From NCBI RefSeq assembly GCF_029855145.1, contig NZ_CP123231.1: a DNA stretch of 24,000 bases. One strand, given 5' to 3'. The notes beneath the pieces were generated by a model. The model was not told where the DNA came from, ran no database searches, and worked only from the letters and a program-made list of their open reading frames with translations. Position 1 is the stretch's first letter. Every line of letters begins with the position of its first letter. Source of the stretch: Escherichia coli (GTDB taxonomy: Bacteria > Pseudomonadota > Gammaproteobacteria > Enterobacterales > Enterobacteriaceae). This document shows positions 1 through 9,931 of the stretch, one piece after another. Position numbers and translations under genes: made by a program.

Positions 1-1314
1 TGCGGTCGCCTGCGTTCGACTCAGCCTAACCTCAGCGTGCGTTACCATGCGGGTATGAGTAACGATTTCCTCGACGCCTGTGTTCAGGTGATCCGCTGCG
101 GCTTCGGGATGCCGGCGTTCAACAACGACGAAATCGTGATCCCGGAATTTATTAAACTCGGTATTGAACCGCAGGACGCTTACGACTACGCAGCAATTGG
201 TTGTATCGAAACCGCCGTCGGTGGCAAATGGGGCTATCGCTGTACCGGCATGAGCTTTATCAACTTCGCCCGCGTGATGCTGGCGGCGCTGGAAGGTGGT
301 CGTGATGCCACCAGCGGCAAAGTGTTCCTGCCACAAGCAAAAGCGTTGTCAGCGGGTAACTTCAACAACTTCGATGAAGTAATGGACGCATGGGATACGC
401 AAATCCGTTACTACACGCGTAAATCAATCGAAATCGAATATGTCGTCGATACCATGCTGGAAGAGAACGTACACGATATTCTCTGCTCGGCGCTGGTCGA
501 TGACTGTATTGAGCGAGCGAAAAGTATCAAGCAAGGCGGCGCGAAATATGACTGGGTTTCTGGCCTGCAGGTCGGCATTGCTAACCTCGGCAACAGCCTG
601 GCGGCAGTGAAGAAACTGGTATTTGAACAGGGCGCGATTGGTCAGCAACAGCTGGCTGCCGCACTGGCGGATGACTTCGACGGTCTGACTCACGAGCAGC
701 TGCGTCAGCGGCTGATTAACGGTGCGCCGAAGTACGGCAACGACGATGATACTGTCGATACGCTGCTGGCTCGCGCTTATCAGACCTATATCGACGAACT
801 GAAGCAGTACCATAACCCGCGCTACGGTCGTGGTCCGATTGGCGGCAACTATTATGCGGGCACATCGTCTATCTCCGCTAACGTACCGTTTGGCGCGCAG
901 ACGATGGCAACGCCGGACGGACGTAAAGCACATACCCCGCTGGCAGAAGGCGCTAGTCCGGCCTCCGGTACTGACCATCTCGGCCCTACTGCGGTCATTG
1001 GCTCGGTGGGTAAACTGCCTACGGCCGCGATTCTCGGCGGCGTGCTGCTCAACCAGAAACTGAATCCAGCAACGCTGGAGAACGAATCTGACAAGCAGAA
1101 ACTGATGATCCTGCTGCGCACCTTCTTCGAGGTGCATAAAGGCTGGCATATTCAGTACAACATCGTTTCCCGCGAAACGCTGCTGGAAGCGAAAAAACAT
1201 CCGGATCAGTACCGCGATCTGGTAGTGCGTGTCGCGGGCTATTCCGCCTTCTTCACCGCGCTCTCTCCAGACGCTCAGGACGATATCATCGCCCGTACTG
1301 AACATATGCTGTAA
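1..1314 (+). CDS. ybiW: 3' part of glycyl-radical enzyme (pyruvate formate-lyase/glycerol dehydratase-like, YbiW/PflF); start lies outside window
   Basis: Frame 1 is open from base 1 ([20 protein letters not shown]...) to TAA at 1312-1314. C-terminal glycyl-radical motif RVAGYSAFF. The listed start at 37 is a GTG inside the frame, not a real start. Confidence 0.93.
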   Translation, partial: CGRLRSTQPNLSVRYHAGMSNDFLDACVQVIRCGFGMPAFNNDEIVIPEFIKLGIEPQDAYDYAAIGCIETAVGGKWGYRCTGMSFINFARVMLAALEGGRDATSGKVFLPQAKALSAGNFNNFDEVMDAWDTQIRYYTRKSIEIEYVVDTMLEENVHDILCSALVDDCIERAKSIKQGGAKYDWVSGLQVGIANLGNSLAAVKKLVFEQGAIGQQQLAAALADDFDGLTHEQLRQRLINGAPKYGNDDDTVDTLLARAYQTYIDELKQYHNPRYGRGPIGGNYYAGTSSISANVPFGAQTMATPDGRKAHTPLAEGASPASGTDHLGPTAVIGSVGKLPTAAILGGVLLNQKLNPATLENESDKQKLMILLRTFFEVHKGWHIQYNIVSRETLLEAKKHPDQYRDLVVRVAGYSAFFTALSPDAQDDIIARTEHML

Positions 1315-1459
1315 TCTCCTCAGCCCGGCGGCGTCGTCGCCGGGTCAAATCATTCACATCATCAATTCCGCTCTCACTTTCATTCGAAATATAATTTGTG
1401 CTCTGCGTCACATTGTTATTACACTGTTACGGTTTCATTTTCGAGCCAGGAGCACACCT

Positions 1460-2275
1460 ATGAGCGTAAAAGTTATCGTCACAGACATGGACGGTACTTT
1501 TCTTAACGACGCCAAAACGTACAACCAACCACGTTTTATGGCGCAGTATCAGGAACTTAAAAAGCGCGGCATTGAGTTCGTTGTCGCCAGCGGTAATCAG
1601 TATTACCAGCTTATTTCGTTCTTTCCTGAGCTAAAGGATGAGATCTCTTTTGTCGCGGAAAACGGCGCACTGGTTTACGAACATGGCAAGCAGTTGTTCC
1701 ACGGCGAACTGACCCGACATGAATCGCGGATTGTTATTGGCGAGTTGCTAAAAGATAAGCAACTCAATTTTGTCGCCTGCGGTCTGCAAAGTGCATATGT
1801 CAGCGAAAATGCCCCCGAAGCATTCGTCGCACTGATGGCAAAACACTACCATCGCCTGAAACCTGTAAAAGATTATCAGGAGATTGACGACGTACTGTTC
1901 AAGTTTTCGCTCAACCTGCCGGATGAACAAATCCCGTTAGTGATCGACAAACTGCACATAGCGCTGGATGGCATTATGAAACCCGTCACCAGTGGTTTTG
2001 GCTTTATCGACTTGATTATTCCCGGTCTACATAAAGCAAACGGTATTTCGCGGTTACTGAAACGCTGGGATCTGTCACCGCAAAATGTGGTAGCGATTGG
2101 CGACAGCGGTAACGATGCGGAGATGCTGAAAATGGCGCGTTATTCCTTTGCGATGAGCAATGCTGCGGAAAACATTAAACAAATCGCCCGTTACGCTACC
2201 GATGATAATAATCATGAAGGCGCGCTGAATGTGATTCAGGCGGTGCTGGAAAATAAACCGCCGTTTAATCTTTGA
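1460..2275 (+). CDS. ybiV: HAD-superfamily (Cof-type) sugar phosphatase YbiV/SupH, 271 aa
   Basis: N-terminal [12 protein letters not shown] motif and C-terminal [10 protein letters not shown] motif. True ATG at 1460 follows CCAGGAGCACACCT; the 1229 start in the track is an upstream extension. Confidence 0.95.
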   Translation: MSVKVIVTDMDGTFLNDAKTYNQPRFMAQYQELKKRGIEFVVASGNQYYQLISFFPELKDEISFVAENGALVYEHGKQLFHGELTRHESRIVIGELLKDKQLNFVACGLQSAYVSENAPEAFVALMAKHYHRLKPVKDYQEIDDVLFKFSLNLPDEQIPLVIDKLHIALDGIMKPVTSGFGFIDLIIPGLHKANGISRLLKRWDLSPQNVVAIGDSGNDAEMLKMARYSFAMSNAAENIKQIARYATDDNNHEGALNVIQAVLENKPPFNL

Positions 2276-2315
2276 TTATCGCCAATTCAGTTTATTGAGA
2301 AAGTGCATGTCATTA

Positions 2316-2347
2316 TGCCGGATACGGCGTAACCGCCTTATTTGGCA
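2316..2347. repeat. degenerate REP/PU unit
   Basis: tGCCGGATACGGCGTAACCGCCTTATTTGGCa resembles the REP pattern GCCGGATGCGGCGTAAACGCCTTATCCGGC. Confidence 0.7.
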
Positions 2348-2388
2348 TACAAAATCATGAAAATTCAATATATTGCGATACACTACCA

Positions 2389-2418
2389 GGCCTGATAAGC
2401 GTAGCGCACCAGGCAATC
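2389..2418. repeat. REP/PU unit, paired with 2316-2347
   Basis: CAGGCCTGATAAGCGTAGCGCACCAGGCAATC is a REP Y-type-like imperfect palindrome. Confidence 0.7.
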
Positions 2419-2437
2419 TTGCGTTTGTCATCAGTTT

Positions 2438-2466
2438 CAGTAGCCCTGACCATATCAGGGCTACTG
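2438..2466. other. strong hairpin immediately 3' of ybiT
   Basis: CAGTAGCCCTGA-CCATA-TCAGGGCTACTG, perfect 12-bp arms. No U-tract on the ybiT-sense side. Confidence 0.7.
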
Positions 2467-2474
2467 ATAATAAC

Positions 2475-4067
2475 TTACTCGATCCCTTTACTACGCAGGT
2501 AATCTTCGTAATTACCGCTAAAGTCGATCACGCGTTCCGGGGTGATTTCCAGAATACGGGTCGCCAGGGAGCTTACAAACTCACGGTCGTGAGAAACAAA
2601 GATCAGCGTGCCCTGATACAGTTCCAGCGCCATGTTCAGCGACTCGATGGATTCCATATCCAGGTGGTTGGTCGGTTCGTCCATGATCAGAATGTTCGGC
2701 TTCTGCATCATTAACTTACCAAACAGCATCCGCCCTTTCTCCCCACCGGAAAGCACTTTCGCTGGCTTTTTGATGTCGTCCTGGCTGAACAGTAAACGAC
2801 CGAGAATGCTGCGTACCGCCTGCTCGTCATCGCCTTCCTGCTTCCACTGGCTCATCCATTCGAACACGGTCAGATCATTTTCGAACTCATATTCATGGTC
2901 CTGGGCGTAGTAACCAATGCGCGCGTTCTCAGACCATTTTACGGTGCCGCTGTCCGGTTGCAGATCGCCCACCAGCGTTTTCAGCAGCGTTGATTTACCG
3001 ACGCCGTTGGTACCCAGTACAGCCAGTTTTTCACCCACTTCCAGCAGCAGGTTGAGATTTTTAAACAGTGGACCGTTATCAAACCCTTTAGTCAGACCTT
3101 CCACTTCCAGCGCGTTACGGAACAGTTTCTTATCCTGTTCAAAACGGATGAACGGGTTCTGACGGCTGGAGGCTTTCACCTCTTCCAGTTTGATTTTATC
3201 AATCTGGCGCGCGCGCGAAGTTGCCTGGCGAGATTTCGAGGCGTTGGCGCTAAAGCGGCTAACGAAAGATTGCAACTCAGCAATCTGCGCTTTCTTCTTG
3301 GCGTTATCAGCCAGCAGACGTTCACGCGCCTGAGTCGCCGCCGTCATGTACTCATCGTAGTTGCCCGGATAAACGCGCAGCTCGCCGTAATCCAGATCCG
3401 CCATGTGGGTACAAACCATGTTAAGGAAGTGACGGTCGTGCGAGATGATGATCATGGTGCTGTCACGCTCGTTCAGCACCTGTTCCAGCCAGCGAATGGT
3501 GTCGATGTCGAGGTTGTTGGTCGGTTCGTCGAGCAGGAGAATGTCCGGATCAGCAAACAGCGCCTGCGCCAGCAGCACACGCAGCTTCCAGCCAGGAGCA
3601 ACTTCACTCATCGGGCCGTAGTGCTGTTCCACTGGAATTCCCACGCCAAGCAACAGTTCACCAGCGCGAGCTTCCGCAGAGTAACCGTCCATTTCGCCGT
3701 ATTTCACTTCCAGATCGGCCACTTTATAGCCGTCTTCTTCACTCATTTCCGGCAAAGCATAGATGCGGTCACGTTCCTGCTTCACTTCCCACAACTCTTT
3801 ATGCCCCATGATCACCGTATCCAGCACAGTGAACTCTTCAAAGGCAAACTGATCCTGACGCAGCTTACCAATGCGCTCATTGGGATCGAGGGAAACGTTA
3901 CCCAACGTCGGCTCTAAGTCGCCGCCGAGGATCTTCATAAAGGTGGATTTACCACTACCGTTCGCGCCAATCAGGCCGTAACGGTTGCCGCCGCCGAATT
4001 TGACGGAAATGTTTTCAAACAACGGCTTACTGCCGAACTGCATGGTGACGTTACTGGAAACTAACAC
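2475..4067 (-). CDS. ybiT: ABC-F family ATPase YbiT, 530 aa
   Basis: Two ABC domains: Walker [10 protein letters not shown] and GTNGVGKST, signature LSGGEKGR, Walker [13 protein letters not shown] and [12 protein letters not shown]. No transmembrane domain. Confidence 0.96.
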
Positions 4068-4285
4068 AGGCGTATCCTGAAAAGAGATATGACAAACCGC
4101 GCATTATGCCATAAGTCTGAAAGAAGATCCTGCTCCTCGCTTAAGGTCTACACTCAAGCCAAAGGCAAAAAATGTGATTTCGTACACATCTGATTTCACT
4201 GTGAGCTGGAATGAACTTATAATGCGCTTCCAATACTCTAATATTCTCAACCCAATGGCCTGCCAGGCACAAAATCTCGCTTAAC

Positions 4286-5206
4286 ATGAATATGAAATTG
4301 AAAACATTATTCGCAGCGGCCTTCGCTGTTGTCGGCTTTTGCAGTACCGCCTCTGCGGTAACTTATCCTCTGCCAACCGACGGGAGTCGCCTGGTTGGTC
4401 AGAATCAGGTGATCACCATTCCTGAAGGTAACACTCAGCCGCTGGAGTATTTTGCCGCCGAGTACCAGATGGGACTTTCCAATATGATGGAAGCGAACCC
4501 GGGTGTGGATACCTTCCTGCCGAAAGGCGGTACTGTACTGAACATTCCGCAGCAGCTGATCCTGCCGGATACCGTTCATGAAGGCATCGTCATTAACAGT
4601 GCAGAGATGCGTCTGTATTACTATCCGAAAGGGACCAACACCGTTATCGTGCTGCCGATCGGCATTGGTCAGTTAGGCAAAGACACGCCTATCAACTGGA
4701 CCACCAAAGTTGAGCGTAAAAAAGCAGGCCCGACCTGGACGCCGACCGCTAAAATGCACGCAGAGTACCGCGCTGCGGGCGAACCGCTTCCGGCGGTCGT
4801 TCCGGCTGGTCCGGATAACCCGATGGGGCTGTATGCACTCTACATCGGTCGCCTGTACGCTATCCATGGCACCAACGCCAACTTCGGTATCGGCCTGCGT
4901 GTAAGTCATGGTTGTGTGCGTCTGCGTAACGAAGACATCAAATTCCTGTTCGAGAAAGTACCGGTCGGTACCCGCGTACAGTTTATTGATGAGCCGGTAA
5001 AAGCGACCACCGAGCCAGACGGCAGCCGTTATATTGAAGTCCATAACCCGCTGTCTACAACCGAAGCCCAGTTTGAAGGTCAGGAAATTGTGCCAATTAC
5101 CCTGACGAAGAGCGTGCAGACAGTGACCGGTCAGCCAGATGTTGACCAGGTTGTTCTGGATGAAGCGATCAAAAATCGTTCCGGGATGCCGGTTCGTCTG
5201 AATTAA
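4286..5206 (+). CDS. ldtB: L,D-transpeptidase LdtB (YbiS), LysM + YkuD domains, 306 aa
   Basis: Signal peptide; LysM-like segment ([35 protein letters not shown]); YkuD catalytic motif HGTN...SHGCVRL. Confidence 0.95.
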
Positions 5207-5223
5207 TCTTCAAAACGTAAAGC

Positions 5224-5250
5224 AAAGGCGGACTCATAATCCGCCTTTTT
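5224..5250 (+). terminator. intrinsic terminator of ldtB
   Basis: AAAGGCGGA-CTCATAA-TCCGCCTTTTT, 18 nt after the ldtB stop, between convergent ldtB and ybiR. Confidence 0.85.
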
Positions 5251-5263
5251 AATTTGACAGACC

Positions 5264-6382
5264 TTATCCCGCCGGGATCATAACCAACAAAACATATCCC
5301 ACCAGCGCCGCCCACAACAGCATCGGTATCGAATAAAGATGAAAACGCCACCAGATACGGCGATCGTTCGCCATCCGTAACGCAATCAAATTTGCCAGCG
5401 ATCCGGGTAATAAACCAAAGCCCCCCACGTTTACCGCCCATGCCAGTAATAAAGACGGTGGCACATAATTGAGCAGCAAAATGGTACTCGGCACGTTACT
5501 GATCACCTGCGATAAACCGATCGCCGTTAACCATAATCCGGGTTCGGATAAATGACTCACGTTACTTAACACCCCCTGCAAAACTGGCAGTTGGGTTAGT
5601 AAATGGACGTCGATAAACATCGCCATAAACACCAGCAGCAGCGTCCAGTCCACACTGAGCACCACACGACGCGCCAGCAGCGCAAAGCCCGCCGCCACAA
5701 TCACCAGTCCCCACAGCTCTTGTTTTAACTCCAGCGCCGTCAGAAAGACGATATACAGCCCCAGACAACTCCACACCAGCCGCGGTTTCCACTCCGGCGT
5801 TTGCACCCCCGTATGGTATTGCAGCGCCTTTCCAGGGAAACAACACCAGCACAACAGCAGGAGTGTCAGCATCATTGCGCCAGCCAGCGGTGCCATTTGG
5901 GCAATAAATCCGGCAAACGAAAGACCAGAACGTCCCCAGATAAGAATATTTTGCGGGTTGCCAATTGGCGTCAGTAGCGAACCAGCGTTGACTGCCAGCG
6001 CCTCAAAAATAATCAGCCGATTAACCGGAATCTCACACAGTCTTTTTAGCGTGATAGTCAGCGGAACAACTATAAACAGTGCGACATCGTTGGTCAGAAA
6101 GGTAGAAAGCAGCGCTGCCGCCAGTACCATAAACATCGCCAGCCGACGCTCCGTAGCAAAACGGCGCACCATTTTGCGCCCCAGCACATCAAAATAACCG
6201 CTTAACTCGACACCTTTGGTCAGCAGCATCAGGCCGCTTAAGGTGATGATGGTGTGCCAGTCGATAGCAGCAGGCCAGGATTTCGGTGCAAAGGGAACGA
6301 AAAAACTTAATCCGATGCCAACAAGAATTAATAACTGAAAAAAACGATCGCCTTGCAGCGTGCGTAAAAAAGGCAGGCTCAT
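5264..6382 (-). CDS. ybiR: inner-membrane anion/citrate-type transporter family protein YbiR, 372 aa
   Basis: Polytopic hydrophobic protein with NxGS/NPQNI-type motifs ([18 protein letters not shown]), matching the ArsB/NhaD-like permease superfamily. Overlaps the mntR stop by 4 nt. Confidence 0.92.
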
Positions 6383-6846
6383 TTGGCACCGTGTTTCTGG
6401 GTAAACAAACGAAAGGCATCCAGCGTCTCTTCACTAACATGGTGCTCCATACCTTCCGCGTCGCGACGGGCGATTTCCGGACTGACGCCCAACACCAACA
6501 AGAAATTTTCGACTATCTGATGTCGCTCGCGGCTTTCCTGCGCCAGCTTCTCTCCTTCTGCCGTTAAAAACACGCCACGCCAGGGGATCATTTCAATCAG
6601 CCCCATGGTTGCCAGTCGCTTAAGCATTTTAGCCACCGTCGGTTGCGAAACCCCCAGACGAGCAGCCATGTCCACCTGACGAGCTTCCCCCACTTCCCTG
6701 ATCAAGTCAGAAATCAGCTCAACGTAATCATCAATCAGCTCGCGCCGATGCGCCTCTCTGACCTGGCGGAACCCTTCAACGTGCTCTTCCACGTTCACTA
6801 ACTGCGTCACTTTTTTTGCTGTTGGCGTACCTGCGCGACGACTCAT
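6379..6846 (-). CDS. mntR: manganese-responsive DtxR/MntR-family transcriptional regulator MntR, 155 aa
   Basis: N-terminal winged HTH ([24 protein letters not shown]) and DtxR-type metal-binding/dimerisation region ([11 protein letters not shown]). Confidence 0.95.
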
Positions 6847-6947
6847 TGTGCTTCCTCATTATGGTGACGCATACATAGCGTTCTCATTTCGTGCGCACAT
6901 TGTAAACCAGAGTTGCGAGGGTACAAAAAATTAACGTTTTAGCAATA

Positions 6948-6973
6948 GCTATATAATATAGCCTGTGCTATAT
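6948..6973 (+). promoter_or_regulatory. putative MntR operator(s) of mntS
   Basis: Two overlapping perfect palindromes: GCTATAT-A-ATATAGC (6948-6962) and ATATAGC-CTGT-GCTATAT (6956-6973), just upstream of a TATAAT -10 (6979-6984). Confidence 0.7.
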
Positions 6974-7031
6974 CTGTATATAATGCAATCATCCCTCAAG
7001 GATCGATGGGATTAGCAAGTAAGGAGGTCTT

Positions 7032-7160
7032 ATGAATGAGTTCAAGAGGTGTATGCGCGTGTTTAGTCATTCTCCCTTTAAAGTACGGTTAATGCTGCTC
7101 TCTATGTTGTGCGATATGGTCAACAACAAACCGCAGCAGGATAAACCTTCCGATAAATAG
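7032..7160 (+). CDS. mntS: small protein MntS, 42 aa
   Basis: AAGGAGGTCTT-ATG, then MNEFKRCMRVFSHSPFKVRLMLLSMLCDMVNNKPQQDKPSDK*, TAG at 7158-7160. Divergent from mntR. Matches remembered E. coli MntS. Below the 60-aa cut-off of the supplied track. Confidence 0.93.
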   Translation: MNEFKRCMRVFSHSPFKVRLMLLSMLCDMVNNKPQQDKPSDK

Positions 7161-7180
7161 CGGCGTCGCGGTACGCCGCT
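7159..7180 (+). other. hairpin overlapping the mntS stop codon (weak 3' end signal candidate)
   Basis: AGCGGCGT-CGCGGT-ACGCCGCT, 8-bp perfect arms. No immediate U-tract; TTTT occurs about 10 nt later. Confidence 0.45.
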
Positions 7181-7431
7181 TCACTCCTGCTTTTATGCAG
7201 GCACAACGCGTTTTGGTCTGAAAAACCCCACTTTTTGTCGGATTTGCAATCCCCTTCGCAAAAGATTTGTTCGTCGGTAGTTGACCTGAACAGCAGCTCG
7301 CTCTATCTTCTTGCAGCCCTGCGTATATTGCGGCTCGCGGATGCGGACCCCTTTCCCCTCTTCACGCACTCTTGCAGGTATTGACCCTTGACGCCAGGGT
7401 AAGCACATGGCGTTTGTTACGATAGTGGCAT

Positions 7432-9015
7432 ATGAATTTAACCCTCAAAGAATCGCTTGTTACCCGTAGCCGGGTATTTAGCCCGTGGACTGCGTTCTAC
7501 TTTTTACAGTCGCTATTAATTAACCTCGGCTTAGGTTACCCCTTCAGTTTGCTCTACACCGCTGCGTTTACGGCTATTTTGCTTTTGCTATGGCGAACAT
7601 TGCCTCGCGTACAAAAAGTTCTGGTCGGTATCAGCTCGCTGGTGGCGGCTTGTTATTTCCCTTTTGCTCAGGCCTACGGCGCGCCTAACTTCAATACATT
7701 GCTGGCATTGCACTCCACCAATATGGAAGAGTCGACCGAAATCCTGACGATTTTTCCATGGTACAGCTACCTGGTCGGCATATTTATTTTTGCGCTCGGC
7801 GTAATAGCGATCAGGCGAAAAAAAGAGAGTGAAAAAGCGCGCTGGAATACCTTCGACAGCCTGTGCCTGGTATTCAGTGTAGCGACATTTTTTGTTGCTC
7901 CCGTGCAAAACCTGGCCTGGGGCGGCGTATTTAAACTGAAAGATACTGGCTATCCGGTATTTCGTTTTGCTAAGGATGTCATCGTCAATAATAACGAGGT
8001 GATTGAAGAGCAAGAACGGATGGCAAAACTTTCCGGAATGAAAGATACCTGGACGGTCACTGCCGTTAAGCCGAAGTATCAGACCTATGTGGTGGTGATC
8101 GGAGAAAGCGCGCGTCGCGATGCCCTCGGTGCCTTTGGCGGTCACTGGGACAATACCCCGTTTGCCAGCAGCGTTAACGGTTTGATATTTGCTGACTACA
8201 TTGCCGCCAGTGGCTCGACGCAGAAATCGCTTGGCTTAACGCTCAATCGCGTTGTCGATGGCAAACCACAGTTTCAGGATAACTTTGTCACCCTGGCAAA
8301 TCGCGCGGGCTTCCAGACCTGGTGGTTTTCCAACCAGGGTCAAATCGGCGAATACGATACCGCCATCGCCAGCATCGCCAAACGAGCAGATGAAGTGTAC
8401 TTCCTGAAAGAAGGTAATTTTGAAGCAGATAAAAACACGAAAGACGAAGCGTTACTGGATATGACCGCTCAAGTGCTGGCGCAAGAGCACTCGCAACCAC
8501 AGCTGATTGTTCTACATCTGATGGGCTCGCATCCGCAGGCCTGCGACCGGACACAAGGAAAATACGAAACCTTTGTGCAATCGAAAGAAACGTCGTGCTA
8601 TCTCTATACCATGACGCAAACAGACGATTTACTGCGCAAGCTGTACGATCAGTTACGCAACAGCGGCAGCAGCTTCTCGCTGGTTTACTTTTCTGACCAC
8701 GGTCTGGCCTTTAAAGAGCGCGGCAAAGACGTGCAATACCTTGCTCATGATGATAAGTATCAGCAAAATTTCCAGGTGCCTTTTATGGTCATTTCCAGCG
8801 ACGATAAAGCGCATCGGGTGATTAAAGCCCGCCGCTCTGCCAATGACTTCTTAGGCTTTTTCTCGCAGTGGACGGGAATTAAAGCGAAGGAAATAAATAT
8901 CAAATACCCGTTTATTTCTGAGAAGAAAGCCGGGCCGATATACATCACCAACTTCCAGTTACAGAAGGTGGATTACAACCATCTCGGAACCGATAATTTC
9001 GACCCGAAACCTTAA
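7432..9015 (+). CDS. opgE: phosphoethanolamine transferase family protein OpgE (YbiP), 527 aa
   Basis: N-terminal TM helices, then alkaline-phosphatase-fold sulfatase/EptA-like domain (VVVIGESARRDALGAFGG, GLTLNRVV, LIVLHLMGSHPQACDR, YFSDHG). Confidence 0.95.
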   Translation: MNLTLKESLVTRSRVFSPWTAFYFLQSLLINLGLGYPFSLLYTAAFTAILLLLWRTLPRVQKVLVGISSLVAACYFPFAQAYGAPNFNTLLALHSTNMEESTEILTIFPWYSYLVGIFIFALGVIAIRRKKESEKARWNTFDSLCLVFSVATFFVAPVQNLAWGGVFKLKDTGYPVFRFAKDVIVNNNEVIEEQERMAKLSGMKDTWTVTAVKPKYQTYVVVIGESARRDALGAFGGHWDNTPFASSVNGLIFADYIAASGSTQKSLGLTLNRVVDGKPQFQDNFVTLANRAGFQTWWFSNQGQIGEYDTAIASIAKRADEVYFLKEGNFEADKNTKDEALLDMTAQVLAQEHSQPQLIVLHLMGSHPQACDRTQGKYETFVQSKETSCYLYTMTQTDDLLRKLYDQLRNSGSSFSLVYFSDHGLAFKERGKDVQYLAHDDKYQQNFQVPFMVISSDDKAHRVIKARRSANDFLGFFSQWTGIKAKEINIKYPFISEKKAGPIYITNFQLQKVDYNHLGTDNFDPKP

Positions 9016-9020
9016 AACAA

Positions 9021-9048
9021 AAAAATCCGCCCCGAGAGGCGGATTTTT
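9021..9048. terminator. bidirectional intrinsic terminator between convergent opgE and ompX
   Basis: AAAAATCCGCC-CCGAGA-GGCGGATTTTT. A-tract and T-tract flank the stem, so it can work in both directions. Confidence 0.9.
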
Positions 9049-9063
9049 ATATCACCGAAGTGA

Positions 9064-9579
9064 TTAGAAACGGTAACCAACACCGGCAATCCAGGTGCCT
9101 ACGTCAACGCTACGAATACGGCTCTGCTCGTAAGAGAAGTCCAGAGCAACGTTTTCCATCGGGTTGAACTGCAGACCAGCACCGTAGGAGAAACCGTAGT
9201 CGCTGGTGTCGTGTTTGTAGGTCGGGTATTCAGTGGTCTGGAATTTACCATAACCCACACCCACTACACCGTAGATGCTTGCCCAGTCGTTAATGCGGTA
9301 AGCCGGACCAGCAGTGATGCCGTAGTACTGGTTTTTGTTGTAGTCACCAGAGCTTGCAGTACGGCTTTTCTCGGTGTAAGTGAAAGAACCGATCACACCC
9401 AGCGGGCTGTTGTCTTCTTCATAGCGGTATTTCAGGTTGAAACCGCCCATTTTGTTCATTTGGCCCTGAGCGTCGCTCTGTGCGTAACCGCCAGTTACAG
9501 TAGAAGTCGCAGCTACGGAAGTACCTGCGGTGAAAGCCAGAACTGCGGCCAGTGCTGAAAGACATGCAATTTTTTTCAT
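9064..9579 (-). CDS. ompX: outer membrane protein OmpX, 171 aa
   Basis: Signal peptide MKKIACLSALAAVLAFTAGTSVAA, mature ATSTVTGGYAQSDAQGQMNKMGGFNLKYRYEEDNSPLGVIGSFTYTEK, C-terminal VGYRF. Start is the internal ATG at 9577-9579, not 9585. Confidence 0.97.
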   Translation of the reverse strand: MKKIACLSALAAVLAFTAGTSVAATSTVTGGYAQSDAQGQMNKMGGFNLKYRYEEDNSPLGVIGSFTYTEKSRTASSGDYNKNQYYGITAGPAYRINDWASIYGVVGVGYGKFQTTEYPTYKHDTSDYGFSYGAGLQFNPMENVALDFSYEQSRIRSVDVGTWIAGVGYRF

Positions 9580-9931
9580 AACCACCTCAAATGTGATTCA
9601 AATAAGTCCTAAGTTTTAAATATATCAAAAATTAATGGGAAACTCTTCGCGATTTATGATGTCTAACGGGCCATTTCATGTAACAGAACGTTTCCATACA
9701 CCGCTATCCATCTAAATTTAAATCACTTTTTCAGAGAACTGCGTAAGTATTACGCATGTTTTCCCTGTCATTCATCCAGATTATTCCTAATCACCAGACT
9801 AATGATTCCATCAATCCTGGCGCATTTTAGTCAAAACGGGGGAAAATTTTTTCAACAAATGCTCAACCAGCATTGGGTATATCCAGTACACTCCACGCTT
9901 TACTTAGGTTTAGATATTTGTGGGAGAAAGG

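Noticed and set aside
424-1305. 293-aa minus-strand ORF opposite ybiW
   Set aside because: It is antisense to a strongly supported coding frame. The composition (Q/R/V-rich, no domain pattern) looks like the shadow of a GC-rich coding strand, and there is no start-site context.
1323-1347. CCCGGCG-GCGTCGT-CGCCGGG after ybiW as a terminator
   Set aside because: The stem is good but there is no U-tract (followed by TCAAAT), and ybiV lies close by on the same strand. Too weak to list as a terminator.
3270-3917. 215-aa plus-strand ORF opposite ybiT
   Set aside because: It is a shadow ORF of the conserved ABC-F gene, with low-complexity polar composition and no recognisable family.
7193-7408. 71-aa minus-strand ORF in the mntS-opgE gap
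   Set aside because: No family resemblance, and it lies in the intergenic/5' leader region. Random ORF length for this GC content.
9211-9558. 115-aa plus-strand ORF opposite ompX
   Set aside because: Antisense to ompX, with H/T/V-rich repetitive composition derived from beta-strand codons.
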